The position numbers were made by a program, and so were the translations under genes. A DNA stretch of 60,912 bases from a virus. Taxonomy: Duplodnaviria > Caudoviricetes. Below the pieces are notes generated by a model that was not told the DNA's origin, searched no databases, and was given only the letters and a program-made list of their open reading frames with translations. The stretch lies in the IMG/VR virus record IMGVR_UViG_3300003691_000005, positions 1 to 60,912 of that record; one strand, given 5' to 3'. Numbering within the stretch: the first letter of the stretch is position 1; each line of letters begins with the position of its first letter. Below, in pieces: positions 21,801-30,920 of the stretch.

Positions 21801-24800
21801 CACGCGAAGCCATTGAAGTCATTGGAGGTAAATATAAAACTGAAGATGAGATAATGGACGCGGCGGCATCTGGTGAAATAAGCAAGAGTGACTTGCAGCG
21901 TTTCGCTTTTTCTATGTCTGGTGCGAAAAAACCCCCAAGTGACGTAGCCACTGAAACAAATGCAAGAAAAATTATCGGGTATTTAAACTCCGTAATGGGG
22001 AAAGACGGCCCTACTCGAGTTACTAAAGAGGAGGGAGCTCGCAGGGAAAACGAAAAGATAGCCGCCTCTGAAAAGGCGCATGCTGAAAAATACCCAAAAA
22101 AGAGCCCTGTACTTCATCGGCCAGTTAGTGAGATAAATGAGCTTGAGTCGTATGCCAAGCAGGATTTTTCTAATATAAACCCCGGCCTTTACGACGCGGC
22201 GGTTAATTTTATTAATGAGCAGCTAAAAGATTTAGCGGCTCTTGGTTATCGGTATGATGATATAAATCATGAGTCAGTATCAATGCTGCCTGATTATTTG
22301 AACCAGTTAAAATCAAATATAACAGCTGCAGGGTCCGGCCTAATGGCTTTAGATTCGAAACTAAAGACGTTCAATAAAGGTGATAAACGGGCCAATATTG
22401 GGAACATCTTTGATCAGTTTATCCATTATGCTAAGTCTATTAATTTTGCCGAAGAATGGACTGAGATTAAAGCCCATATTCAGGCCGAATACCCAAAACT
22501 AGCCAAGGCCCTTCAAGCCCAAAGTGATGCTAAACAACCCTTAACTCCAGAAGAAGACCAGGAAGCTAGAGCTAAAGCCGACCAGAAAGAAGCGAAAAGT
22601 GTCGCGCAAAAAAAGCGAGTAGATGAAGCCAATAAGCCGGATGAAAACGATGATTTAGTCACCTTCCTTCGAAAGTTGGGCGGTCTAAATATGGACACTC
22701 AATCGGACATACCAGCCGATAGCCTGGGTGGTTTGGATGAATCAAATAGTACCATTGGTTTAAAGAAGTTACGCCAGTATAAGGATGCCGGATTAGATAT
22801 CGATGAAGCCACTGAAGCCGCGTGGGAAGCTGGTTATATCAAGGAAAATGATAAGAGATTACTAGCTGATGAATTATTCAATTCAAAGATAGATCCTGTT
22901 TACACCCCTGCTGGATATGAGACCAAGGCTCGAATAGAGGAGCAGGCCGCGTATGAAGAACAGTTAGCGGAAAGCATTGAAAACTGGACCGATTATGTCG
23001 GTAGTTCGGAGATGTCTAATCAGGTAAATCCTGAGACAACTCGATTAATGGTTCTGGCCAGTGATATTGATGCAGATAGGGTAATTGATATCACAAGCAG
23101 AGAAGCCCCAGAGGCTTTTATTCATTCCCAATTACAGGAGATGATCGATGAAAAAGACGCTGAAAATGAAGCAGCAAGCCAGAGCGAGAGTGAAGTTAGC
23201 CCAATTGATGAAGGACAATCCGAAGGGACCACCGACTCAGAAGGCCAAACAGACTTCGTAGGAAAAACTGACGATGAAGTATCTCAGCAAGCCATCCAAG
23301 CGGAGAAAGAAAAGAAAGATAAAACCCCTATTGATCGGCCATCAGAATCACAGTCAGGCGATGATCTTTTCTCTAATGGCGGTCAGTTAGAGCCTGATTT
23401 ATTCAGTCAACCGGAGTCAGAAAGCCAAAGCACCGCAAGTGTAATTATTATTCCCGATGAAACGAAGGTAGTTCGTCAGATTAATAGCTCAAAAGAGGCT
23501 TTGAATGATTTACGGGAACTCGGAAAAACTACGATTGGCAAGTGGGAAATAGAGGTTAATGAGAACGGGGGAGGAAGCGCTATTTACATGAGCAATCCCG
23601 ACATCGAAGAAGATTTGTCGTATGGTTGGTCGGAATTATATTTTGGTGTAGCGTCTGACTCCAATTTTAGCGGTCATTACCCGGAACTGTACAAAGCCGC
23701 CGCCGAATATAAGTTTGGTGAAATGGCAAACAAATTCGATGAAATGGCGAAGCTATTTTCTAAAGATAATTTAACGGAAGCTGAGCTATCGAGAAGAAAT
23801 GACATTGCTGCTGTCCAGTCACAGATGGCATCTGACTTGTTATCTTCTGGTTTGGCAGGTAAATCGATAGGTTTTAAAACAAAAAAAGTAGACGATATCA
23901 CTTTCGATATCTATCTGCGCGGCGTAAAGATGCTTGAAAATACGTCGATGACCTTCAATACAAGGGAATATATCAGTGATGCGTTAATTAGCGCTTATCC
24001 ATTACAAGAGGAAACTGTTAATGAAAACGAAACAACCCAAGCAGAAGATGGAAGCAAGTCAGCTCAAGGAAAATCGGAAGAAACGATCGAAGAAACTATC
24101 AGCAATGATAATGACAGCGATCAATACAGAGGAATCGAAGACTACCCCTGGGCGAAGTTAGCCGAACAGAAAGGCGTAGAGATTCTTATTGGGAAACCAA
24201 CAGACTACGAAGGCGAGCGTGCTTATGTTATTGATGAATATTCAGACCGAGAAAGAACTCAATTTGTACGCCAAATTTATGCGGCTAACTTCAGTCGACA
24301 TCGTGACGTAGAGTCATATTACGCCAATGAACATGGTGGCAAGGGTTATGTTAATGTCAGTAAAATGGCATCTGAGGAAAGCGATCTAAGTCTAGTTGAT
24401 TACATTCATGATGGTTTCGGTCACGATAGTCCATACGCTGGAATAACTCCTATTACTGATATTAAGGAAGAAAGGCTGGAAGCTCGAGCTAATCAATTAT
24501 CAGATACTGAATGGAGAGAAACTGTAGGGCACCGTGACGGCATGTTTATGGAGCCAGGGAAAGACGATGTAAAGAAATTCTGGGGTGAAGAATTCAAGAA
24601 AGGCGATACGCCTCGCAATTACATCAGCAAAGAGGAATCTAAAACCATTGTTGATGGCTGGAAAGCGGAGGCTAAAAGTCATAACACCTATGAAATGGGC
24701 AGCGGTAATAGCACCAAAATTGTTCTTTCATTATTCGATGACAGTGGACAATGGGTTCAACCGTGGGTTGACGCCGGGTATGACGTTCGTGTTATAGATC

Positions 24801-25876
24801 TTAAGCGCGATGATGTTGATATTCGCGATATGGATCGAGGATGGTTCGAGTCTAATGGTTTGGATGATGTTTATGTTGTTCTGGCCGCGTGTCCATGCAC
24901 TTATTTTACCGGCACAAGCGCTAGAGATCGCAAACCAACTGAATTAGGCGGAAGCCCGAGACCAATTAACGAAGGCGGAACCGACTATATTGGGAAAACT
25001 CATGATGCTGTCGATTTAGTTAACCACACTCTCGATATTATAGATTTCCTGATACCTCGTTTTTGGGCGCTTGAGAATCCAGTAGGCCGAATTAAAGACA
25101 TTACTGGCGTTCCAGAGCCAAGGCTATCGTTTAACCCGAATAATTTCGGTGATGACTACACCAAGAAAACACAGATATATGGCAATTTTAACGCTGACTT
25201 GCCTACTGCTAATGTTGATCCGCGCATTAAAAACGGTGGTCGTGGATCATTAATGCAAAACAGTCTTGGAAGCAGCGACGAGGCTAAATCAGGTGCCAGA
25301 TCGGTTACGCCAGAAGGGTTTGCTTATGCGTTCTACATGGCTAACAACGATGCTAGTAATCCTGTCTATAAAGAAATTATTGAAGAAAATATAGCTCACC
25401 TACCGGAAAGCGCGAAGTCTCATCCGTTCACTGATCAAGCACGCGCAGCGATGACCCTTGGTATCTTTGAGAATCACGATCCAGGGTATATGACGGGGAA
25501 TAGCGACCCTTATTACATTGATGAAAAACTAGAAGAAAGTGCCCCTGATTTTATTCAGCAAGCCATTAAAAACGGGAAAGAGGAGGCTAATGAAGACTGG
25601 CGGTTAATGGATCTCTCAATGCCAATGGACGAGCTAAGGGCGATTGAGGCTAAATTAATAAACGATCTGGGGCTTAATGAAGATCAATCATCTACCGAAA
25701 CAGTAGATTCCATATTAGACCAGACTCGCGAAAATTCCGGTGACGCTAAGCCATTAAATAAAGTTAACCTCTCAGCGACTGACGGTGATCGAACGATACC
25801 GGTAACAGCCGATCAATTGGTGGAGGCTATTGATGATAGACTCAAGGCTATTAATAAATTGCGAGGTTGTGTATGA
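18887..25876 (+). CDS. Giant polyvalent/ejected protein with ParB-like, SAP-like and C5-cytosine DNA methyltransferase-like domains
   Basis: 2329 aa. TEAGTEAIQE ejection-protein motif; LEDGHHRT (~21250); LKKFAKDARLKQAGTTEELKERI (~21730); VLSLFDDSG / ACPC / LENPVG (24715-25350). Confidence 0.8.
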   Translation: MENNQDYFDKYFPSPAGSNNPATDDGSTDGGLSQGADGETSAYLAKYFPDPGGTPPAPEPVPEPGLLDPVANIGEGIAERTASILGNMVGFAETAGENVENAAGVLDWVPQLGGVTYDEQGLQYLNPTEWEEFNSGGGEKILRNLQESLTNSDFGYDPGTTWEDFKSADGLLDSTIQLSAFGLENGLISIADMAGSLVNLPAYMVSRGEEIAQERAKNQGHASPTPEDLAIGTAVAAFVSASEKFGAEKVLAAFVKGGGAVKKILKAAFTEAGTEAIQEPFEYVGETYGTPVEQGMTREEYRAASAERSLQGAAGGFFGGGVISSPSALMSGKDDPVDDPISPTVQPLSENQNTITDALAASAGNIAASNRAQMNADELAQLDAQQEEARTNQTARMEQEVAEIDAQEQVYKTPAHARLAQLKLENQFGSTKLRAVKNRAGEWVLQKPVTSGASELLKVTGLDSGFEPVTVSLPERLTGREPLNPERRGEQPVERTDLEPTTNRDDLLKPTEPKPVESIDSVESKIPERLVGRPPLRNAHNNTGIEVEELVPEDISNEGLPQIGVSDVVADEEIDIDDIASEEIDIQGKRIYIPKDERVPRETPAADPLDAKKAAEKTAKEQKYKSGLAVKVAVRKLEKDHGSTDLVPVRNDRKGEWELTSKSMADVIRMQNESDAKNPKPPTPPEDDGGSPVEPSDKPNTDSGGNGSDFDISNVKRPNGAIGTQGVTEESVRDLLKNVAGMDVNDGMTMKEMVESFKANPEAQQKLRDFTAKNPVQIDTLPDGTYHLEDGHHRTFLLDQAGDTTVSANLDGAAAPSPTDKPGPSDDQVAASKELEKVTAELDKMPKNFDINDDPDVVGRAQELIKKKRDLTDVVEGGLSAEDAKTERARLIAELWEKGKTGNRSQTLSQLQKKLDEASTPDADAPGKPFDRSAYRRKLDSMSNTVLKKFAKDARLKQAGTTEELKERITTAREAIEVIGGKYKTEDEIMDAAASGEISKSDLQRFAFSMSGAKKPPSDVATETNARKIIGYLNSVMGKDGPTRVTKEEGARRENEKIAASEKAHAEKYPKKSPVLHRPVSEINELESYAKQDFSNINPGLYDAAVNFINEQLKDLAALGYRYDDINHESVSMLPDYLNQLKSNITAAGSGLMALDSKLKTFNKGDKRANIGNIFDQFIHYAKSINFAEEWTEIKAHIQAEYPKLAKALQAQSDAKQPLTPEEDQEARAKADQKEAKSVAQKKRVDEANKPDENDDLVTFLRKLGGLNMDTQSDIPADSLGGLDESNSTIGLKKLRQYKDAGLDIDEATEAAWEAGYIKENDKRLLADELFNSKIDPVYTPAGYETKARIEEQAAYEEQLAESIENWTDYVGSSEMSNQVNPETTRLMVLASDIDADRVIDITSREAPEAFIHSQLQEMIDEKDAENEAASQSESEVSPIDEGQSEGTTDSEGQTDFVGKTDDEVSQQAIQAEKEKKDKTPIDRPSESQSGDDLFSNGGQLEPDLFSQPESESQSTASVIIIPDETKVVRQINSSKEALNDLRELGKTTIGKWEIEVNENGGGSAIYMSNPDIEEDLSYGWSELYFGVASDSNFSGHYPELYKAAAEYKFGEMANKFDEMAKLFSKDNLTEAELSRRNDIAAVQSQMASDLLSSGLAGKSIGFKTKKVDDITFDIYLRGVKMLENTSMTFNTREYISDALISAYPLQEETVNENETTQAEDGSKSAQGKSEETIEETISNDNDSDQYRGIEDYPWAKLAEQKGVEILIGKPTDYEGERAYVIDEYSDRERTQFVRQIYAANFSRHRDVESYYANEHGGKGYVNVSKMASEESDLSLVDYIHDGFGHDSPYAGITPITDIKEERLEARANQLSDTEWRETVGHRDGMFMEPGKDDVKKFWGEEFKKGDTPRNYISKEESKTIVDGWKAEAKSHNTYEMGSGNSTKIVLSLFDDSGQWVQPWVDAGYDVRVIDLKRDDVDIRDMDRGWFESNGLDDVYVVLAACPCTYFTGTSARDRKPTELGGSPRPINEGGTDYIGKTHDAVDLVNHTLDIIDFLIPRFWALENPVGRIKDITGVPEPRLSFNPNNFGDDYTKKTQIYGNFNADLPTANVDPRIKNGGRGSLMQNSLGSSDEAKSGARSVTPEGFAYAFYMANNDASNPVYKEIIEENIAHLPESAKSHPFTDQARAAMTLGIFENHDPGYMTGNSDPYYIDEKLEESAPDFIQQAIKNGKEEANEDWRLMDLSMPMDELRAIEAKLINDLGLNEDQSSTETVDSILDQTRENSGDAKPLNKVNLSATDGDRTIPVTADQLVEAIDDRLKAINKLRGCV

Positions 25877-26235
25877 GCCCGAGAATAAGCAAATCAACAG
25901 CTGACAAACTAATAAAAGGCGGTGCTAAGGTACGTGAAGAAGGGTACGTGCCTAAACCGGCCCCTACGGCAGCCCCTGAGACTGATTTAACGGCCCTTAC
26001 AGGCGCGATCGGTAAATTAGTACAATCCCTTCAAGAGCAGCTGATAGTCGCTCAGCAACAATTGGGCGCTGTTGAGGCAAGCAATTCAGAGCTCCGCTCA
26101 ATGGTCGCGGCAATTTCGACTAAAAACCCGGTCCGATTGAAGCCGGTCCGTGATATGGATCGTGGATCACCTACCTATTTATTGACCCAGCATATCGATA
26201 TGATCCCAGTAACCCACCGGAAGCTAGATTCGTGA
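25873..26235 (+). CDS. Hypothetical coiled-coil protein
   Basis: ATGA overlap with the previous gene; RBS GAGG. Confidence 0.65.
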   Translation: MSPRISKSTADKLIKGGAKVREEGYVPKPAPTAAPETDLTALTGAIGKLVQSLQEQLIVAQQQLGAVEASNSELRSMVAAISTKNPVRLKPVRDMDRGSPTYLLTQHIDMIPVTHRKLDS

Positions 26236-29200
26236 GTGTAAAAGACTGTTTAAAACTAACTGATAAGCTCGATGTAGAAGACACAGCTAATCTAAACAAA
26301 CAGTTAAAGCGCTTAATGGATGCGGGAATTCCTACGAGTGACGCATACACCCAGGCAGCCGAGCTGGTGATGGAAGACGTTCTAACCGAACGGAACGAGC
26401 TTGCTAAAGACATCGGCAAAAAGAAAGGATTTCTGCAGGAAGTTGATATTGAAAACCTTCTGAATCCCGCAAGTTTTAAAGCATCAGAGAAAGTCAAAAA
26501 AGTCACCGCAAAAAACCTGACAGAGGAAATCGAGGACGAAGTAGTAGAAGAAACCCCATTAGATTTGCCGCCTGATGATATCGACGGTGGGCCCGACTGG
26601 GTTGAGAAAGGCGCGTTCATGCGAACCGGTGAAAGTCGGGTTGATATGAATCATAAAGACGTACTAAAAAGGGTCCCTGAGCTACAAGCTGCGGCCAAAA
26701 AAGTACAGTCTGGTGATATGACGGCCAAGGAATATGACGACCTAGTAAACAAACATAAGCTCATCTCGCCATATAAAACAGTACCGGCCCCCGCAACTAC
26801 CGACGAAATGACGGGCGCTTTGCATTCAAACAAGGTTGAGAAGGTTGGTAAGGGTAAGAATATCCCTGACGGTCAAGCTGTTGGATTGCGATTAGATATC
26901 CCTGCTTACCGGGATCATGATGTTTGGGTGCCAACAGTACATGAAGGCCGGCCAGGACAAGGTAAGTCTCCGATCGCGCACGAAGCAACTGCAGTGATGG
27001 ATAACCCTACGTTCCCAGAAGATAAGCATTCTCTTAAAGTAGCTGCGGGTAAATCAAAAGCGCCATCAGCTGTTATCAAGGGATCATGGAAGAACCAAAC
27101 AGAAGCGGAAACAATAGCGGAAGCGAAAGCGGCCATTAAAGATCCAGCCTGGGTCCAGGTTGGGTTTGATCCAGAACGGCACAGTTACTTCTACGATCGG
27201 GCGACTACTGAGCCAGTGGTTAGCGGTAGCAAGGTCATCCAGATCGGCGGCATGGTGTTGGTCAAAGACCCTGTACATGGGAGCAAAGCTGACTTTGTAT
27301 TCCTTCGTAAAGAGAAAGAGAAGGCTGAAGCCGCGCTGGATCAAAAGAAACAGACTCGTAAAGTTAAATCATGGGTTAAGCCGTTACAGAAAAGAATGGG
27401 TGATCGAGTACCGGTAACGATTCTCGATACCCCTGCAGATGCTGATTTTGATATCCCTGCAGATGCAGCTGGCTACTATCACGACGGCCGCGTTTACCTT
27501 ATTGCCAGTAACATAAAGAACGAGGCCATGGCACGCCAAGCGCTTGAGCACGAAGCGATCGGGCACTTAGGCCTTGAAGGTGCGTTAGGCCGAAAGAAAT
27601 TCAATGAATTGATAGGTGATATCAACAATATCCAGGTCGAGATGATCATGGATGAGAGCGCTCACCCAGTTATTCGAAAATTAGTAGCTGAATTAAAAGC
27701 CACTTATGTCGACGAGGATGGCAATTATGCCCTTAACGACCGAGAAGAAGCCCGAGAAATACTAGCTCATATAGCTCATAACAAGCCGCGATTAGGCTTT
27801 CTACGTGAGATTTATAACAAAATTTCAGCTTGGGTTGGTGAATGGGCCGCAAAAATGGGCCTTGCTGATCCAGATCTAGCAATGATTGAAAGCATGATGG
27901 TTCGGGCTACCCATTACGTTCGATCTACTGGGCAGTCATACACCCAGGCAGATGCTAAAGGCGTGTCAGTACGAACTGATGCTCCAATGGATGAGGCACC
28001 ATCTACAGAAAAACCAGCACTAATGCGACGTCGGCAAGATGAAGATTTTGATAAAATGTCTGATGCTGATAAAGAGCTGTATACCAAATTAGGTATAGGG
28101 AAATCTGGTGCTACTAGCTTATGGGCAAAAATATCCAATCTAAAGAGTAAAGATATAAAGGAAGCGGCTAAAACAGCCACTGCCAGAGGGTATGAAGGCT
28201 TGTTCGACGGCATGATTGAGACAAAACGTCATGAAGAATCGGCCGGTGTCGGAATGGGTAAGGAAACAACCTATATCGATAAAAAAGGGATTGTTCAAAA
28301 GACCGTCGATTACGCTAATTCTGCTTATGTCTCGATGAGACTGGCTACCGGTGTGTCAGATATGATGACTCACCTATTAAATTATGGATCCCTGCAGTGG
28401 AATAACGGCATTGTTGTTGGTGTTGAAAATACTCGCGGATTTCTTGATGTGCTTGGCGACCTGGGTGCGGGAAATGTTAATGACTGGCTGGTATGGATGG
28501 CTGGAAACCGTGGTGCGGAATTAATGGCACAAAACCGGGAACATAACCTAAGCCCTGAAGATATAGCTTTAGCTCAAACAAAAAACATCGGTAATGAGAC
28601 GCTATTTACTCGCATTAAAGACGAGTATAACGCGATGAATAACTTGCAACTCGAGTTTGCGGAAAAGGCTGGTTTAATTAACCCGGAAAAACGTAAAGAA
28701 TGGGAAAGTGAGTGGTACGTTCCATTTTATCGGCAGGGCGAAGATGAATTTACTTCTGGTCCTCGCAGTAAGAAGGGCTTTTCTCATCAAAGCGCCGGCA
28801 TTAAGCGCTTAACAGGTGGTGAGGCCGATACGAATGACTTACTGGAAAACCTTTTAAGTAACTGGATTAAACTGACTGATGCTAGCGTAAAGAATAACGC
28901 TCTGAGACAGATGGTTGATAATTTCAAGGATACCGAAACCCAGGAACTCGGTTATATCCAGAACGAAACACTGGCTTACACTAAAGCGATAGTGCCAAAA
29001 TCACAGATAGCTAAGTTCGTGAAAATGGATCGTGACTTCGCTATGAAAGTAGCTGAATACATGGGCATGGATGGCACGGCAGCAGATCTCGAAATCATAA
29101 ACGAAATGAATAAGCTGGATAAAGAAGGCTTTGAAGGTTTATGGGCTATCACGGCACCAACGGATCCTGACATTGTTAGGATTCAGCGCGACGGAAAGAA

Positions 29201-30920
29201 TGAATACTGGCGTATTAAGACTCCAGGCCTATTGAGGGCGGTAGGTGCACTCAATGGTGATCAAACATCGAATAGTGGCGGCATGCGTGCTGCCAGAGCT
29301 TTTAAGCGGTTACTGACTACTGGTGTCACAGCATCTCCTGACTTCATGTTACGAAACTTTATCCGTGATGCCACGCATAGCTGGGCGATCAACAAGGATG
29401 GAATGAGGTTTACAGCTGATTCATTGAAGGGGTTGCAACATGCGAGAACTGAAGGCCCTATCCACCGCGCCATGATGGCAGCAGGCGCGTCGTTCCAGGG
29501 CGGGTATGTGCACGGCACTGACCCAGAGGCTACAGCTCATATTCTTCGTAGAGAGCTTGAGAAATCAGGCCTATCTAAATCATCCATTGATGAATATGTG
29601 GGCAAAATCATATCTACTCCGGGAAAACTTGAGAGCGTCCTTAAACAAGGTTGGCAGCATTATCGTGATGCAGGCGACAAGATCGAGAACGCTAGTCGTG
29701 TGGCAACAGCTATAGCTGGCCGCGAGGCTGGTAAGCCTGATGCTCAATGGTTGTTCGAATCTAAGGATTTAATGGATTACTCTCGACGCGGCAATTTTGG
29801 AATGTTGGTTATGATGACCGATATGTTGCCGTTCTTTAATGCTCGACTGCAAGGACTGGATAAACTGGGACGAGCAGCTGCTACTGGCGATCAAGTGAAA
29901 TTAATCCCATACGCACCGGGAAAATGGATCACAACGAATAAAGTATTAGCCAAGAGAGTAGCCATGATCGGCGCGTTCAGCATCGGATTAGCCATGCTGA
30001 ACGATGATGATGATAGATATAAAGAGCTTCAGGATTGGGAAAAAGATGCGTATTGGCATTTCTTCCTTCCTGATGAGTGGCCAATGGGTGGTCATTGGGT
30101 TATTCCTAAGCCGTTTGAGCTCGGGTTTGTTGCTGGAACCATACCAGAGCGCATGTATCGAACCTGGGTAAGCGAGACCCAACCAAGTGAAAAACTAAAA
30201 TGGTCCTTAATGCACGGCACCCTTGAGACGCTAAACGTTAACCCTATACCGCAATTCATACTTCCTGTTGCAGAGATAGTGGCAAACCGCAGCTTTTACT
30301 TTGATAGGCCTGTTGAGAGTATGTCGGATAAAAAAATGGAGTCGTTTGAGCGATATAACCAGTACACCAGTGAAACCGCTATTGCTGCAGGCGATACCGC
30401 TCTGGCTAAGTGGTTAGAAATATCACCGAAACAGCTTCAACACCTATGGAACGGCTATTTAGGAACAATGGGCACTTATGCTCTAACAATGGCCGATATG
30501 TTTACTCGCGCTGCTGGCGGCTACCCATCTAAAGAGTCAGTGACTCCCGGTGATATCCCTCTATTGGGCGCTGTCTACAAGGGATCTCGCAAGTCTACGA
30601 GCCAGTGGCAGGTTGATTTTTATGATCGATTACAGGAAGTGACAGAGCTTCACGGAACCTTGCAAAAGTATCGAACGGAAGGCAATAAGGTAAAATACAA
30701 AGAATATCGCGATAAACACGCTAAGAAACTAAGGGTGCGTAAATTGCTTATTAAGGTGCAAAAGAGCTTTTCGGTCCTGAAGAAGCGTAGAGAGCGTATT
30801 TTGAGAGATCCTAAATTAACTCGATCGGAAAAATATGAGCAATCCCAGGTTATTGTTTCCCGTATCAGCGCTCTGGCTAAGAAGGTTGAGGGTAGAACTC
30901 GAGAGGCCTTTACAGACTAA
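26232..30920 (+). CDS. Large polyvalent protein with zincin-like metallopeptidase and C-terminal LPD38-like domain
   Basis: AGYYHDGRVYLIASNI...LEHEAIGHLG; C-terminal PFFNARLQGLDKL, WEKDAYWHF, IPKPFELG. Confidence 0.8.
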   Translation: MSVKDCLKLTDKLDVEDTANLNKQLKRLMDAGIPTSDAYTQAAELVMEDVLTERNELAKDIGKKKGFLQEVDIENLLNPASFKASEKVKKVTAKNLTEEIEDEVVEETPLDLPPDDIDGGPDWVEKGAFMRTGESRVDMNHKDVLKRVPELQAAAKKVQSGDMTAKEYDDLVNKHKLISPYKTVPAPATTDEMTGALHSNKVEKVGKGKNIPDGQAVGLRLDIPAYRDHDVWVPTVHEGRPGQGKSPIAHEATAVMDNPTFPEDKHSLKVAAGKSKAPSAVIKGSWKNQTEAETIAEAKAAIKDPAWVQVGFDPERHSYFYDRATTEPVVSGSKVIQIGGMVLVKDPVHGSKADFVFLRKEKEKAEAALDQKKQTRKVKSWVKPLQKRMGDRVPVTILDTPADADFDIPADAAGYYHDGRVYLIASNIKNEAMARQALEHEAIGHLGLEGALGRKKFNELIGDINNIQVEMIMDESAHPVIRKLVAELKATYVDEDGNYALNDREEAREILAHIAHNKPRLGFLREIYNKISAWVGEWAAKMGLADPDLAMIESMMVRATHYVRSTGQSYTQADAKGVSVRTDAPMDEAPSTEKPALMRRRQDEDFDKMSDADKELYTKLGIGKSGATSLWAKISNLKSKDIKEAAKTATARGYEGLFDGMIETKRHEESAGVGMGKETTYIDKKGIVQKTVDYANSAYVSMRLATGVSDMMTHLLNYGSLQWNNGIVVGVENTRGFLDVLGDLGAGNVNDWLVWMAGNRGAELMAQNREHNLSPEDIALAQTKNIGNETLFTRIKDEYNAMNNLQLEFAEKAGLINPEKRKEWESEWYVPFYRQGEDEFTSGPRSKKGFSHQSAGIKRLTGGEADTNDLLENLLSNWIKLTDASVKNNALRQMVDNFKDTETQELGYIQNETLAYTKAIVPKSQIAKFVKMDRDFAMKVAEYMGMDGTAADLEIINEMNKLDKEGFEGLWAITAPTDPDIVRIQRDGKNEYWRIKTPGLLRAVGALNGDQTSNSGGMRAARAFKRLLTTGVTASPDFMLRNFIRDATHSWAINKDGMRFTADSLKGLQHARTEGPIHRAMMAAGASFQGGYVHGTDPEATAHILRRELEKSGLSKSSIDEYVGKIISTPGKLESVLKQGWQHYRDAGDKIENASRVATAIAGREAGKPDAQWLFESKDLMDYSRRGNFGMLVMMTDMLPFFNARLQGLDKLGRAAATGDQVKLIPYAPGKWITTNKVLAKRVAMIGAFSIGLAMLNDDDDRYKELQDWEKDAYWHFFLPDEWPMGGHWVIPKPFELGFVAGTIPERMYRTWVSETQPSEKLKWSLMHGTLETLNVNPIPQFILPVAEIVANRSFYFDRPVESMSDKKMESFERYNQYTSETAIAAGDTALAKWLEISPKQLQHLWNGYLGTMGTYALTMADMFTRAAGGYPSKESVTPGDIPLLGAVYKGSRKSTSQWQVDFYDRLQEVTELHGTLQKYRTEGNKVKYKEYRDKHAKKLRVRKLLIKVQKSFSVLKKRRERILRDPKLTRSEKYEQSQVIVSRISALAKKVEGRTREAFTD

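Noticed and set aside
25867-26235. Programmed frameshift or readthrough joining the two giant proteins
   Set aside because: The genes show normal ATGA/GTGA coupling with an intervening ORF that has its own RBS; no slippery site noticed.
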